Part shown: piece after piece, positions 29,571 to 47,107 of the stretch
Layout of the letters: every line of letters begins with the position of its first letter
Position numbering within the stretch: the first letter of the stretch is position 1
NCBI RefSeq assembly: GCF_009914755.1
Contig: NC_060926.1
Length of the DNA stretch: 64,000 nucleotides
Reading direction: 5' to 3' (one strand)
Source of the DNA: the human T2T-CHM13v2.0 reference genome, Homo sapiens
Made by a program: the position numbers and the translations under genes
Notes under the pieces: model-generated
Told to the model about the DNA's origin: nothing
Database searches by the model: none
The model's input: only the letters and a program-made list of their open reading frames with translations

Positions 29571-30642
29571 TGGAGAACCCCTGTGTTGCTAGAAATCTAT
29601 GACCATTGGTGTCCCAGATCAGTAACAGAAATTACAATGAATTTTAAAGTGATTTTTTTTTTCAACATAAAAGAGTGGTAGTTGTCTCTGAAGGGTCACT
29701 AGAGGGAGATGTGGTTCCAGGGATTAATGAATTTATTCAATACAGATAAACAAGATACGAGTTTGAGCAACTGATCCCTAGTTCCCTCAACTCCTCATTG
29801 AGAAATGTTGATTAAAACGATCATGAACTTTTAATAATGCCACTCACCTCCTTTTTTCGTCCTCTTTCAGCTGCTGAAAACTTTGTAGCTCTAGTGGAGG
29901 AGCTGTTTGTTGCAGATGAACTGGAAGTAAAATTCTAACAGCCTGTATTGCTTCGGTATAGAAATGAAGAGTTGCTATGCTACCCGGTTTCTCTTTCTCA
30001 GTTTTCTTACTGCTGCCAGATAGGAACTCAGAAATATAGACCATTCTGCTTCCAGACAATAAGTTCCATATTTGAAACCCTTTGATGGCACTTACTGGAT
30101 ACCTAATTCATGACAAAAGTGCTTTAGTCCTCTAGAGTTTTCTGGTTTAAAAGTAGCTTTTGTGGGTGTGTATCAAATAAGTGCAGCAGCATATTTTGTG
30201 ACTCTTAAGTTTTTTTAGGTTATCATGCCCCAGGCATTGAAACTGGGATGTGCATTTTACTGTTCTCAGAGGAATTTTGTGGTTTATTAGCACGTTTTTT
30301 TTTTCAAATAATCTAATTTTACTTCAGAAATCTCTTAGTGCATTGTGTTGTTTGTAAACTAGTGAAAAATAATCTTTTCTTTTCATGTGTTGCCTGAGAT
30401 ATAACCACATTTAGAAATCATCTATAACTTCCCTGATAGGAATTCATTCAGGTTTTTAAAACATTTCTAGGGTCAAGAGATCACTTAAAAAAGAGTAGTT
30501 TCTTTATTGATCACTTCTAAATGTTATTTTTTATCCCTCGTATGGAGTCGCATCAGTCTCCCTGTAACTTCCATCTGTTGATCCCGTTGTCTTTCTTGGC
30601 AGACCAATCCTTTTATACAACAGTTGTCAAATATCTGGGGGG

Positions 30643-30943
30643 AGGCCAGACACGGTGGCCTATACCTGTAATCCTAGCACTTTGGGAGGCGGAGGTGGGA
30701 GGATTGCTTAAGCCAAGGAGTTTGAGACCAGCCTGGGCAACACAGTGAGACCCCAACTCTACAAAAAAAATTTAAGAATTAGCTGGGCATGGTGGGGTGC
30801 AACTGTGGTCCCAGCTATTTGGAAGGCTGAGGTAGCGGGATCACTTGAGCCCGGGAGATGGAGGCAGTAGTGAGCCATGATCATGCCACTGTACTCCAGC
30901 CTGGGTGACAGTGAGACCATGTCTCAAAAAAAAGGAAAAAAAA
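30643..30943 (+). mobile_element. AluJ
   Basis: ggaggattgcttaagccaaggagtttgag; A-tail. Confidence 0.88.
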
Positions 30944-32320
30944 ATGGTGGGGAGGAAAACTGTTATGTTCCCTTTAATCTTCTCATCTGACTTAAATATC
31001 TAGTTATTTCCAACTGTTCTTTACATCATGTATTCTTCAGATTCTTCCCTAAGCTGCTCATTTCATGTTCATTTGTAATTAATTTTCCTGGTAAGATGTT
31101 AGCCCAGAACTGCTCACAGTTTGTTTGATCGGTACAAAGCACTGCGAGACTATCAGTCAGAGTCAAGGAATGTGAACTCCAGAAAGGACCTTAAACCTCA
31201 TCTAGTCCAACAGTTTCCTACCTTTTAGTATTATTAACAGTGAGATTAAGTGACATTCCCAAGGACTCAGAACTAATGGGTAGGAGAGATGGGACTAGAT
31301 CCCAGGTCTCCTGATTGCTATTATCTTTTTTCACCAGAAGACCCTTCTTTTCTCTTCTTGAATTCACTACACTGTTGATACAGACCAACATATTTAGGCG
31401 ATGAAGTAAGATAGGTGTGGGGAATGTGGTGCAAAAGACATTTCACGTTGTTGATTGATTTTATAATTCACACTGAAATTGTGAGTTGCCATCAATCCAG
31501 GTCTCTTCCAGCTTGTGTTCAGGTAAAATTTGGAAGCCAGGTATAAATAACTTTACATGTATTCCTTTTAGGTTATGTTTCTCTTATTTTCTTAGTCTCC
31601 TACATACGTGATTGCTATGTAATGGCTTGTGCCTTAGCTTATGTGATTCCGTCTGTCACTTACTTGTTCACATGATTGACTCCTACTCATTAAGACTCAC
31701 CCAAGGAAATCCACATTCAGGAAGCCTTTTCTGCCCCTTCACCGCTCTGGTATCCCCTCCACCAGTCTTGAGTGGATGCTCCTCCTGTGTCTCTCAGTGC
31801 CCAGTGCATACTTCTATCATGGAACATTGTTCTGGTATTATTTGTTATCTGTCTGTGTCCTCTACTAGAATAGATTTGGTGTCTTTATTTTAGATCATCA
31901 GTTTACAAACTGACTCAAATTGTCAGGGTATACCTCTTAGCATATATATAGATTCTAGCAGTCACTTCTTGTGACAAAAATGCTTCATAACAAATTATGC
32001 CCCGAATCAGTGACTTACAGTGAAAGCATCTGTTCTCATGTTTGTAGGTCTGCAGGTCAGCTGCAGTTTGTCTGATGTATATTGGGCATAAATGGGTTTA
32101 ACTCTGGCCTGCAGGTTGGCATCATATGTACTCATCATGGGTTTATTCTGGGGCTTAGGCCAAAGAAGTGGCAGCTATCTGGAGCATGTTCCTCTCCTGG
32201 TAGAAACTTCTGTAGCTTTTAGAAAGTATCAGGACTATTTAAGGGTTTTCCATAGTGAAAATTTATATGTCTTACACACATTCTTATGTAGAACACATCC
32301 CTTTTTCACACCTTTCCTAA

Positions 32321-32560
<240 letters not shown>

Positions 32561-32769
32561 TAACCCATGTTTGAACTGCTTGTTGCCTCTACCTACTAAT
32601 GCAAGATACCAGCCTCCTTATAGTGTCCAGCCCCTCTGTTTGGGGGGATTCTGGGGAGTTTCCTTACATGTACTCACATACAACTTCACCTACCACTAGA
32701 GTCTGATATTTTTTCTTCCCTCGTTTTGGCCCCTTCACTAGATATTACAGTTTTTATCGGAAACAAGAG

Positions 32770-33600
32770 GCAGTAAAAAGTAATGTTTAAAAGCACAATC
32801 TCTAGAGACAGATGGCTTGGGTTTGTATCCTTGCTCTGCCATGTCATTTACTAACCTTCTGATGTTGAACAAGTCCCTCAACTTGTTTGTGACTAGTTCA
32901 GTTATCTTTTGCTGTGTAATAAACTACCCCAAAATGTAGTGTCTCAAGTAACATTTTAAAAATTCATCATTCATGGTTCTGTGGGATGACTGGGTTGCTC
33001 AGTTGGGTGATTCTCTATTGAGGCCTCTTACGCAGTTGCAATCAGATGGCAGCTGGGGCTGGAGTCACCCAAAGGCTCAACTGGACCAGATGTCCAAAAT
33101 GGCTCACTCACATGGCTGGAAGACGATGCTTTCTAGTGGCTGTGAGCTCAGTTGGGGCTGTCCGTTAGAATCTCTACATGTGGTTTCTGTATAGTTTCAA
33201 TTTTCACATGAAGCAGCTGGTTCTAAGGAGTATCCCAAGAATGGGTTTTCTATGAGACCCTGCCTATGTGGCTTCTTAAGACCTATTTTTAGAAGCCCCA
33301 GAAAGTCATTTCTGTTTTCTGTTAGTCAAGCAAGACACTAAGGTTAGGTCACATTTAAGGGAGGAGAATTAGACTCCCTCTCTTGATAAAAAGAGTAGCC
33401 TGCAAATACAAGGAGAGAAAGAACGGATGGTGGCTATCTTGGAGGTTAGCTACTACAGTGCCTCAGTGTCCCATGTGTAAAATGAGAATAATGATACCTG
33501 TCACATAGGGTAGTTTTGAAGAATAAAAGAATTAATGTAGATAAAGTGCTTAGAATAGTGCTTGGAATATTGTAAACACTATGTAAGCATCAGCTGTTTT
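32770..33600. mobile_element. MIR split by a MaLR (MLT1-like) LTR (~32890-33457)
   Basis: MIR halves (...caagtccctcaacttgtttgtg / gtgcctcagtgtcccatgtgtaaaatgag...) around LTR-like sequence. Confidence 0.55.
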
Positions 33601-33880
33601 TATTTCTGCCCCTTCTACTTGGTATGACTGCCACTTTTGCTAAGTCCATGAGTTCCTGCTTCTTTCATTGTCTACTGCTGCTCCTCCTGGACACTTCTGT
33701 TTCTTCTGTGTGTTTACACTTCCGTTGGGCACTAGTACTTCCCACCTGTCATTCTAGATTTTTAAAAATCTTGATGACCTGGAGTCCTTGAGGTGTTGTG
33801 TCAAGGAAGGTGCTCTAACCCTGTTCTTGGTTATAGTTGTGTTGGTGGAATTCAAGTAGTGTGGCTGTCCCCTGGTATGC

Positions 33881-34671
33881 TGTTAGAGAAGGTAAGTAGA
33901 CATGAGCAGGGCAGGAGAGAGGGCCCCCGAGAATGTTGGGCATTTGTGAAGCCATGGTTAGGCAATTAGAAATCCGTCCCTCTGAAGTGATGAGCAGGGC
34001 AAGGGAGGGGCCCCAAAGCTGTCAGGTTATCATCGAGGGGAAGACAGGCGGGCATAAAACTATCACTGTAAGGTAATAAGTGGCCATGATTGGTGTCAGG
34101 AATTACAGGAATCTTAACAGACAGAAAACACCTGGAGTTAGCAAGCTATAATCCTTAAGGTTTCGAGCATGCGCAGTAAAAGAGCAAGATGGTGAACTTT
34201 AACTGGTATAAAAGCTGCCTCTGGGGGCGCTCGACCAATAATGCCGAGTTGCCGCTACTGAGCATGCGCATGACTAGTAACCACACTACGCATGCGGCCC
34301 CCTCTTAAGCAGTAGCAGGGCTAGTGCGCATGCGTTGATTAATTCGGGCTGCTCAAGGGAGGAACAAAGGAGACTGGAAGCCCGGGAAAAGATGGCGCCG
34401 GTGGTTGGGGGGCGGGGCGGTCTAAAAACTAAACAAAGAAGGGCGCAGGGCACTTGATTTTTCACGTGGCCCTCTTGGTTCTCTTCCAAGTGTACTCTGC
34501 TTTCTCCAGTAAACTCTCACTTTGCTTAAAATAAATTTTTCCTCCTGCTTTAAACCTTGCTTATGTCTGTCGTTTCAATTGTTTACTTCGAGAAGACCAA
34601 GAACCGAGATTACTGCGGAGTCGCCACTCCGGAGTTTCTCTGGATAACTGCCGACTTACACCCCAGTAACA
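33881..34671 (+). mobile_element. ERV1-class solo LTR (MER50-like by recollection), sense to XRCC5, in intron 2
   Basis: Begins TGTTA, ends TAACA; catgagcagggcaggagagagggccccc start motif; CpG-rich U3; AATAAA at 34530-34535; TSD not recognisable. Confidence 0.75.
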
Positions 34672-36062
34672 AGAGTATAGGTGTTTTTTTGTTTGTTTGT
34701 TTTTGTTGTAGAGAGAAAGAGTCAGAATCAGGAAGTCAGAATCAGGAACTTAGTGCCAGTCCCATACTACATTCAGAATTTCCTCCCCTCCCATGACTGA
34801 GATTTTGTCTAGGGCAAGATTACCTTGCCTTAAGATGGATACTTGTCTAGGCGGCAGATACCTGCCCAGCCAGTATGCTACGCATGCTTGAATCCAGCAG
34901 CAGGCACCCAGACACCGTTAGTCCATGTACAACTGGGAATTGTTGTGTTGTTTACAGACTAAAGGATTAAACAGACCCTACAAAAATGAAGAATGACAGA
35001 ATTCCATTATCTCTCCATACAGCACTCTTCCCCATCAATGTAAAAAGGCTTATGTTAATAATTAGACAGGACTGTCTTTTGTGTCAGATACTATTTTTTG
35101 TTTTTATATTTCATTATGAAATATTTCATAAAATAGGCAAATATGGAGAATATACAGGTAACCAATTTTCCCATTGTCTTATGCTGTAAATCCTAATGTT
35201 TCATATTTGTTTGATTTTTTTTTTAATAAAGTGTTACAGATAAACCTGGAGGCCCTTCCTTACCCTTTTTTTCTCTTCTCCTTTTCTCAGGATTTTGGTA
35301 GTTATTACCATGTATATTTTATACTTGGACATAAGTATATATTCATAAATACTTAGTATTGTATAAAGCTGTCAAAAGTGTAAATGGTTTTATATGCTAC
35401 ATGTAATTCTGCAGCATATCTTTTATCAACTTATTTTAGATCTATTCATGTTGATACGTGTTGCACAAATTTATTCATTTTTACTGGAGTATGATATTTC
35501 GTTGTATAAATATTCTGCAATGTATTTTTGCATTCTCCTGTTTGATAGTTTGCTTCCAGTTTTTGCCCTATCATAAACAGTGCTGAAGTGTAAACTTCCT
35601 ATCTGTACATAATTTTTCTAGGGTATACTGTATATGCCTGCCCCTGAAATTGCTGGGATATAGGCTATCCTGCACTTTTTTTTTTAACCTCTGGAAAATT
35701 TAAACCTTAGACATTCCATAAAGACATACTAAAATCTTTTCACATTACCCATTTTTGGTTCTCTCATTGAGAATTAGAGTTTGATTTCGCTGGAAATCAT
35801 CAAGAACACTTACTACCCTCCTATTTCCACACCTCAACTTCTGCTGAAATGAAGGGTGAGACTTATGGTCAATGAAAAACATCTGTTCAGAACCTAAGAA
35901 TTGTCATTGTCTGTAAGTCTCATGTTTCATCCCGCCCAATACTATATGGCCCCAGGGACCTGCCATAGGGAGGTCTGGTTGTCCTGCTCCCTGAAGGTTA
36001 GGTATTTTATTGCTTCCAGATTGTTCTAATATGGTTTTCAGCCATCTGACATTTTTTTCTAG

Positions 36063-37149
<1,087 letters not shown>

Positions 37150-37198
37150 TCCTGGATGCACTAATCGTGAGCATGGATGTGATTCAACATGAAACAAT
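37150..37198 (+). CDS. XRCC5: XRCC5 exon 4 (49 nt), (F)LDALIVSMDVIQHET(I)
   Basis: Links exons 3 and 5 in frame; donor GTAAGT; not in the ORF track. Confidence 0.94.
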
Positions 37199-37554
37199 GT
37201 AAGTGTTCCAAGGAAGAGAGCTGGAAGAGAATCTTTTTGCAAAAATTGTATGGGTTAATGTATTGAATGTATTTTGTGATTCATTGTTAATCAAGCTGCA
37301 TGTTTGTGTGACAAGAGAAACATTTTATAGAATTGAATGGTTCAGTCCAACCTCTCTGTTTTTTAAAAGTTTTAAAAGGGGAAGGGCTGTACTCGGTGAT
37401 TATTTCTCTGGAAGAAATAAAACATTTGGCTTATTTCAGTTTACTTCCTATTAGACTTAAGCTGATTACCAGGAATTTTAAAAAACACTAAGTGGTATAA
37501 GCCATATGTCATTGATATTAAGTGCATGGTAACTCTGGCCAACTTCCCTTTTTT

Positions 37555-37880
37555 GTTGTGTGTGTGTATGTTTTTTGTTGTTTTTTTTTTTTTGAGTTGG
37601 GGTCTTGTTCTGTCACCCAGACTAGAGTGCAGTGGTGCCAATATAGCTCACAGCAACCTCAGCTTGATCTCCTGGGCTCAAGAGATCCTTGCATCTCAGC
37701 CTCCTGAGTAGCTGGGACTACAGGTGCACACCCAAGTCCAGCTAATTTTAAAATTTTTATTTTTGCAGAGACGGTCTCACTATTTTGCCCAGGTTTTCTC
37801 AGACTCTTGGCTTCAAGCAGTCCTCCTATCTTGGCCTCCCAAAGTGTTAGGATTACAGGCATGAACCACCATGCCTGGCC
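37555..37880 (-). mobile_element. AluJ
   Basis: Reverse consensus with ctcctgggctcaag. Confidence 0.85.
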
Positions 37881-38417
37881 TGCTTCCTAATTCAGTATTT
37901 ATTTAATTATTGTGCCTTGGAAGTGTATCTCTGGAGACATATATGTGCATGTACACATACCTCTTGCCTGTCAGGAAAATCATTTGCACTAAAATCCCAG
38001 ACCTAAATCTGTGTAATCATTTCTCAATCTCTGTACATCCTCTGCCAAATCTTGCCACACAAAATCTGTGCATGGAGTCAGAGCAGGATATTTAGAAAGT
38101 GAACCTGAGCAAGGCTGAAGTTAGAGTATGCTGGGAGAATTCTTTGTTTACATTCTGCCTATGTGGAGGCTGGGAAGGGATATTTTTTCATCACATTTGA
38201 GTTCGGAATCCAGAAACATAACATTTCCATAATACCCAGACATTTTGGCCAAGATGTTCAAAGTATAAAGTGTATCAGGGTTGATTATGAATTTAATAAG
38301 AACTTAATTGGACTACTAGAATGTAATCACATTTATTAACTCTAGATCCATTTCTAAGCTTCTCTCCTCAGTGACCAAGTGTATTTGAATTTGTAGAAAA
38401 ATAATTCAGGAGAATGA

Positions 38418-38570
<153 letters not shown>

Positions 38571-39831
38571 TAAGATCCTAAGAATAATGCATGTAGACAA
38601 ATCCTATGATTTCCTAATATAGTGAATGGGCCCTCTGTATAGAGTACTTGGTTTATGGGAATTTTCGCTTTCTGCTCCAAGGCTGAATCTGTCAGATGAC
38701 TGACTACTCAGCAAACATTTGCTGGTTACTCTCTGTGTTCTAGGAACTGTTCTGAGTGGTCGTGACAAAAAGATGAAAGTCAGTGATCCAGAAGAATTGA
38801 GCTTAGTGGCAGATCATTGTTTAGTGTTCTTAGACTCAAAGAATTGAGGATTAGAAGAACCCTTTGAGGATATTCAATTTGTCTCCTTCCTGCATAGAAG
38901 GCTTTACCCAAACAATTAGCAGATTGATGGATTTTTTTTTTTCTTAAACAGCTCTAGAGAACTGTGTCCTATACAGAGTGCATGTTTTAGGGTAGACAGG
39001 AATGCCAACTTGGGAATCATTCTAAATACATAACATGTTTATGTTTAACTCTTTTCAGATCCAAAAGTTGTGGACACATATATAAAATTTAATTTGCTTC
39101 TGTTAATTCAGAGATGGAGTATAAAACTTCAGGGGAAAAATATGTATTTCACAATTTATTAGGGAGAGAATTCCTCCTCAAAAAGTAACTTGAATATTCC
39201 CTCCGGGATTTACTTTCTCTGTGTTATATCCCTAACAAAAATTTCTTTTCACTACACTAACCCTTCTTGCTGCATTTGAAACATATTTTTTCTTGTCCTA
39301 TTTTTGGTGAAAGTTGAGTGATGGTATAGAATGTTGAATTATTAATCTTCTGGGAATACTCGTTTTTCAAATTGAGAGCTATGCCAAGAAGCCTCTAGGT
39401 TAGAGTGGTAAGCCTTTGGCTTCATAAAATGCCTGCCTGGGGGTATTAAGAACTTGTTTTGCATGTGTGAGTAGTCTTCTCTTAAGACTACAGAGCGACA
39501 TCTCCTTTCTGTACGACTGTGGAAAAAGAGTTCAGAATAACCCATCAAACCAATACTTGTTAAGATGGTACTTCAGAGAAATTAAGTGCTTTTAAGTGAC
39601 ACTTCTTACTGAGTTGAGGTTTTTCTCAGTACTTCAGAAGCCCAGCACAGCTTCTGGTCCTTTTTCATAATCTCAGGATGCCTTTACATGTTAGAAGCAG
39701 ACTGCATTTCAGTGAATGTCATTCGAAAGAGCTACTCTTTTTTTCCATGAGCAATACAGAAAAGTGCAGAAGAGGAAGCATAGCCTTTGCTTCTATTTGC
39801 TTTTTATTTGGTTGTATTTTTTTCTTGGTAA

Positions 39832-40446
<615 letters not shown>

Positions 40447-40729
40447 TAGTTTCTTCTACTGACTACTGAGGAAGCTTATTTCTGATCTAACGCAGAATAG
40501 ACAGAACAGTTATTATTTCTTTTTCCAGGATAACTTCCTTTCTCTTCACTTTTACGACATTTGTCCTTTTCTGGTTATTGCTTTGAAAACAGGAGTAACC
40601 TGATGCAAACCCTGTGTCTCACACTTTCCTCCCTGGAAACTTTTTACCTGATAAATGCAGGACATGCAAATTACATCATGCTGTATTTGCTAAGTATATG
40701 AAGAAAAATTGTAAACAGCCTTATTTTAA

Positions 40730-41105
40730 GTGTAGCAAATAAAATGAGAAATCACCTTAAAAACAAATTTATTTCTCACAGTTCTGGAGGCCGGGAAGTC
40801 CAAGATCACAGCACTAACAGATTTGGTGTCTGCTGAGAGATCTTTGCTCTCAAGATGGTGCCTTATTGCTGTGTCATCCCATGTCAAAAGGGCTAACACT
40901 GTTCTCACGTGGTGGAAGGACATAAAAGGCAAAAATGGCAAAAAGCCTCTCCCTTCAACCATTTTTTTTAAGGTCGCTAATTCCATTTATGAGTTCCCCA
41001 CCCTCAGGACTTCATTACCTCCTAAAGGGCCTCTGTCTTAATAGTATCATATTGGTGATTAGGTTTCAAAATAATGATTTTGGGGGACACGTGTAGACCA
41101 TTACA
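40730..41105 (-). mobile_element. MaLR LTR (MLT1A/MST-like)
   Basis: atttctcacagttctggaggccgggaagtccaagatca...ttttgggggacac. Confidence 0.7.
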
Positions 41106-41442
41106 GTGTGGAAGAGGCCAGTCGGAGAGAGTGAAGCCAGCATAAAGGCAAATGAAGGTAAAATAGAGACAGAGAGAGTAATCCTTGCCACAGTTGAGAC
41201 CCTGGGTCTGGACTTCCTAAGGCCTTGTGCCACCCTGCCCTTTCAGTTACTTGGTTATGTAGTAGCCAGTGATTTTCCCCTTTTACAAACCAAAGAGGTT
41301 TCAGTCACTTGAAACTGGGAGAATATTGGCTAAGGTAGGTAAGAGTCGTTTGACAGATGAGAAATTTGAAACTTGAAAAGGTTGACTGATGTGCTCATTT
41401 TCTCATAGCTGATGAGTTACAGTTACAGGATTAGAACACTAA

Positions 41443-41658
<216 letters not shown>

Positions 41659-42914
41659 TAAGAATTGAAAACATTGATGGGAATTTTTAATTGTACCCAC
41701 GTAAATTTCTCTTTTGATTAGAGGTCTCCCAAATGTTTCCTTTTTCTGGGCCACTCTCTAATTAGTCATTGCTTAATATTCTGAGTTTTATTAAAGAAAT
41801 AGTACACCCACCCTTAATCACCCTTTTTAAAGTTTGTGTTCTTGGCACATGTTTCTCATTTATTTCCAGGACCTGTGTCAGTGAAGTTCAGGAATATATA
41901 GATACCATGAGAAATTAACAAGTCAAATTGCAAAAGATGAAATAGTAGATTTCTTCATTATGCCAAGCTTGGGATACATTTTTTGGGCCCTTTTTTTTTT
42001 ACACATCTACAAAAAACATTATTAATTATAGAAAGTGGTCTCAGATCTGAGATAGTCAGTATCTTCTTATCATCCTATTAAGGTTTTAGAAAGTAGCATA
42101 CTATGGTATAGTGATTTTTTTTTTAAACTTTTGATCACAAAGCAGTTTGATTGAGTGAAAAAAAAAAAAACCTGCAATGTAAAGAGTTCATAGCCTACTT
42201 ACTTTACGTGGGCGTTGGAAAGGCAAAATGATTTAAGAAAAGTGAATTCCTTGAAGTACCGTATAACAATAAAGCAAACTGCTTTTTCAACCATCCAGCT
42301 AGAGACTATGGAAGAGACCATCTCCTTTATCCATCTTATTCTTGGTTGGAATTGGACATACATGCATTTTGAGCAAAGAACCTAAGAAGAATCGGTGGCA
42401 TCTAGAATAGTGTGTGTCCTATGGGGTTCAATTTGGTAAAAGTGGCAATAGAGTACTTTACATAGCAGTATGGCTTGGGTGGTTCAAATTCTCAGGGGTA
42501 ATACTGCTTGATATTCTTGAATTATTTCCAGCTTATCAGTCTGTACACAAAATACTGGCTGTTTAAGCACATTGAAGTAGTGATTGAACAACTAGAATTT
42601 TTTTAAGTAGCTACAGTGTATATCTCCTTAATATTTTTTCTAAACGACCATTTTTAATATTTCTGATGAGCTATAATTGACAAAAATTATGTTCTGATTT
42701 TCTAAATACAGACAGCCTTGAAAAATGATAGGTAAATTTAGGAAACAGAATTGCCCACGGGATTGCCCTAGGAATCAGTGAGGAATCCTGTGAGGTGAAG
42801 TTTCTTGGCGTAATGTGTTCTTGTCACAATATTTACAGATATGTGTTCCTAAGTTGTTTCTCTTTCAAATTTTGGAATAAATGCCTTAAGCTAAACATAT
42901 TACCCATGATATCA

Positions 42915-43313
<399 letters not shown>

Positions 43314-43375
43314 CTATGCATTGTTTTAGCATTTCGACGCTACTTTGATTTTAGGTCTGCCATGAAGGTGTAGAC

Positions 43376-43566
43376 CAGAACTTTGCCATCCAGTACAGTA
43401 GCCATTAGCTACATGTGGCTATTTAAATTCAAGTTAGTTAAAATTAAATACATTTTAAAATTGAGTCCCTTAGTCATATTATCTGTGTTTGAAGTGTCTA
43501 TTGGGCTAGCATGGTTAGAAATAGAACATTACCATCATTGCAGAAAGTTGTACTGGACAGCACTGG
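43376..43566. mobile_element. MER3-like hAT-Charlie DNA transposon
   Basis: gtagccattagctacatgtggctatttaaatt...tgcagaaagttgtactggacagcactg. Confidence 0.7.
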
Positions 43567-43606
43567 ACTAGATTATCTCCATATAGATCTTAGGAAGAGA
43601 ACTTGA

Positions 43607-43846
<240 letters not shown>

Positions 43847-44576
43847 TAGAATTTTCCCTGAAATAGAATCTAAATCTCATGGTGATTTTAGGCCATGAGG
43901 TTTATATTCTGTTTGACTAGTAATGTTGTATGAGACACGTTAGACCTGGTTCAGACCCATTCATTCCTCAGCAAATCCAAAGCCATTGTGCACCATAGGC
44001 TTTGGAAGCTGGGTGTCAGGTAAGATATCTACTATTCGTTGTAAATTATTTCTGAAAATTGGAGTCTCTTGCGACCTGTCTGTCCATAACTCTGTGGATA
44101 ATGTAAAATAATTCTCTTTACCACTTTGTAGATCTGTTTTTTATCTGTACCAAGGAGTTCAGCCAGAAAGTCTGGACTGTATGCTTTGAGTGTATTTTGT
44201 CATTAATTTCTTTGCTGCTTATTTTAGTGAATACCACAAATTCCACCTATCTCCTATCATCTTCCCTGTTGTGTTTGATTATGGGCCAGATGAAAATATG
44301 ATTGATTTTCACTTTTGTTTAAATGAAGCAGCACTCCACAACACTGTTTGCACCTCTCCCCAGCTTTTCCCACCAGTAAGAAACCTAGAGTTAACGTGCT
44401 TTACCTTGAGACTAAATATGAACTAAATTCCTTTATTCCTTGGATAGTCTTTAACTCTCACTATTATATACATATAAAAATGTGTATCTTTAATATTCAG
44501 AATTGGAATTAATGAATTATAGAGTTGTAAACAGTGATGATAATTATAGGATGGTGCCCTCCCTTTGATACTCTAG

Positions 44577-44899
<323 letters not shown>

Positions 44900-45276
44900 C
44901 TGAGCAGAAGTTCTTATCCTCAGGTCCGTGGTTTTCAGGGAGTTGGTAGTGAATCCTTTATATTGTGTGCAGACTCATTCATGAATGTGCTTTTATCACA
45001 TCCTCAAAGGTGTGCTGGTCCTGAAAAAATGTTAAGAACCTCTGGCAGAGTTGAAATAAAGTATTGAATAAGAGGAAAATAGAGCTGTTCATTTTCACCT
45101 GTTAGTAAAGTAATTCAGCTCCTCTTCCCTTCTAAGCCAACTCACTCTTGCCCTGGCTATATCTCCCAACTTGTGGTTGTTGTTTTCCGGCCATCTCCTG
45201 CTGTTTCTCTCTTTATAATTAACATTAGCTCACTTCTCATTGTAGAAAATCAAATGCATCATCCAGCACAAGTTAA

Positions 45277-45480
<204 letters not shown>

Positions 45481-46373
45481 TAAATATGTGTATATAAGGA
45501 ACAGACAATTCATGTGTGTGTTACTCGGAACCATAATTACTGCTTTTCTAGTTGTTCTCCCTGCTCATTTAATCTCTGTTTAGCTTTTTGTGTAAAAGGC
45601 AGGCTAGGAGAGGAAGTTTAAAGAATTGTCTATAATAGAGTTTGATTTCCTCCTCTTTTACTTTCTCTCCATTGGTAATTGATTGTTAATCATAAGTTCT
45701 AGGCCTGTCTCTTTTTTTTAAAAGAAAGAAAATGAAATGCATTAAGCTGTGTTATTGTAGTATCATAGCAGAAATGTAGATAATGCACCAAAGTTAAGTT
45801 CAGTTTTGGAGCTCAGTGACACCTAATTCAATTATGAATGATCTGATAGTAACAACATCTGTGAAATGTAAAAAAATGTTTTGTTACTGTAAAATTGCAT
45901 TTTATAATATATGTACATTTATATACAATAGCACACTTTAAAAAATGAGTTGCTTTTGGTGATTATTTGATGAAATTCTAGTTTGAGTAGGAATCTGATG
46001 CGTGCCTTCATATAAGCCTCCTTGCCTTTTTCCTTTAAGTGTTCAAAATAAATAGGAACATTTTAGACATATAAAATAAATATACAAAAACATGTTTTTA
46101 TGTATTTAGTTTTTTTCTTTGTATATTAAAGAACTTAATTCCAAAATACATGATATATCTGTGAGAACCTTGGGGCAGTTCTTTATTTATTTCAGCTTCC
46201 ATCAAAGCCTAGAATAGTGTCCCTAGGAATGTGAATATAGTCTCCCTCCTCTTTTATTTTGGCCTGCTTTTCAAATTTCTTTGTTGATTTCTGACACAGA
46301 TATATTGCTTCTTTTTTTTTTTTCTATTGGAAACTATGATAAAATGTATAGTCCTCTTTTTATTAAACAGTCT

Positions 46374-47107
<734 letters not shown>

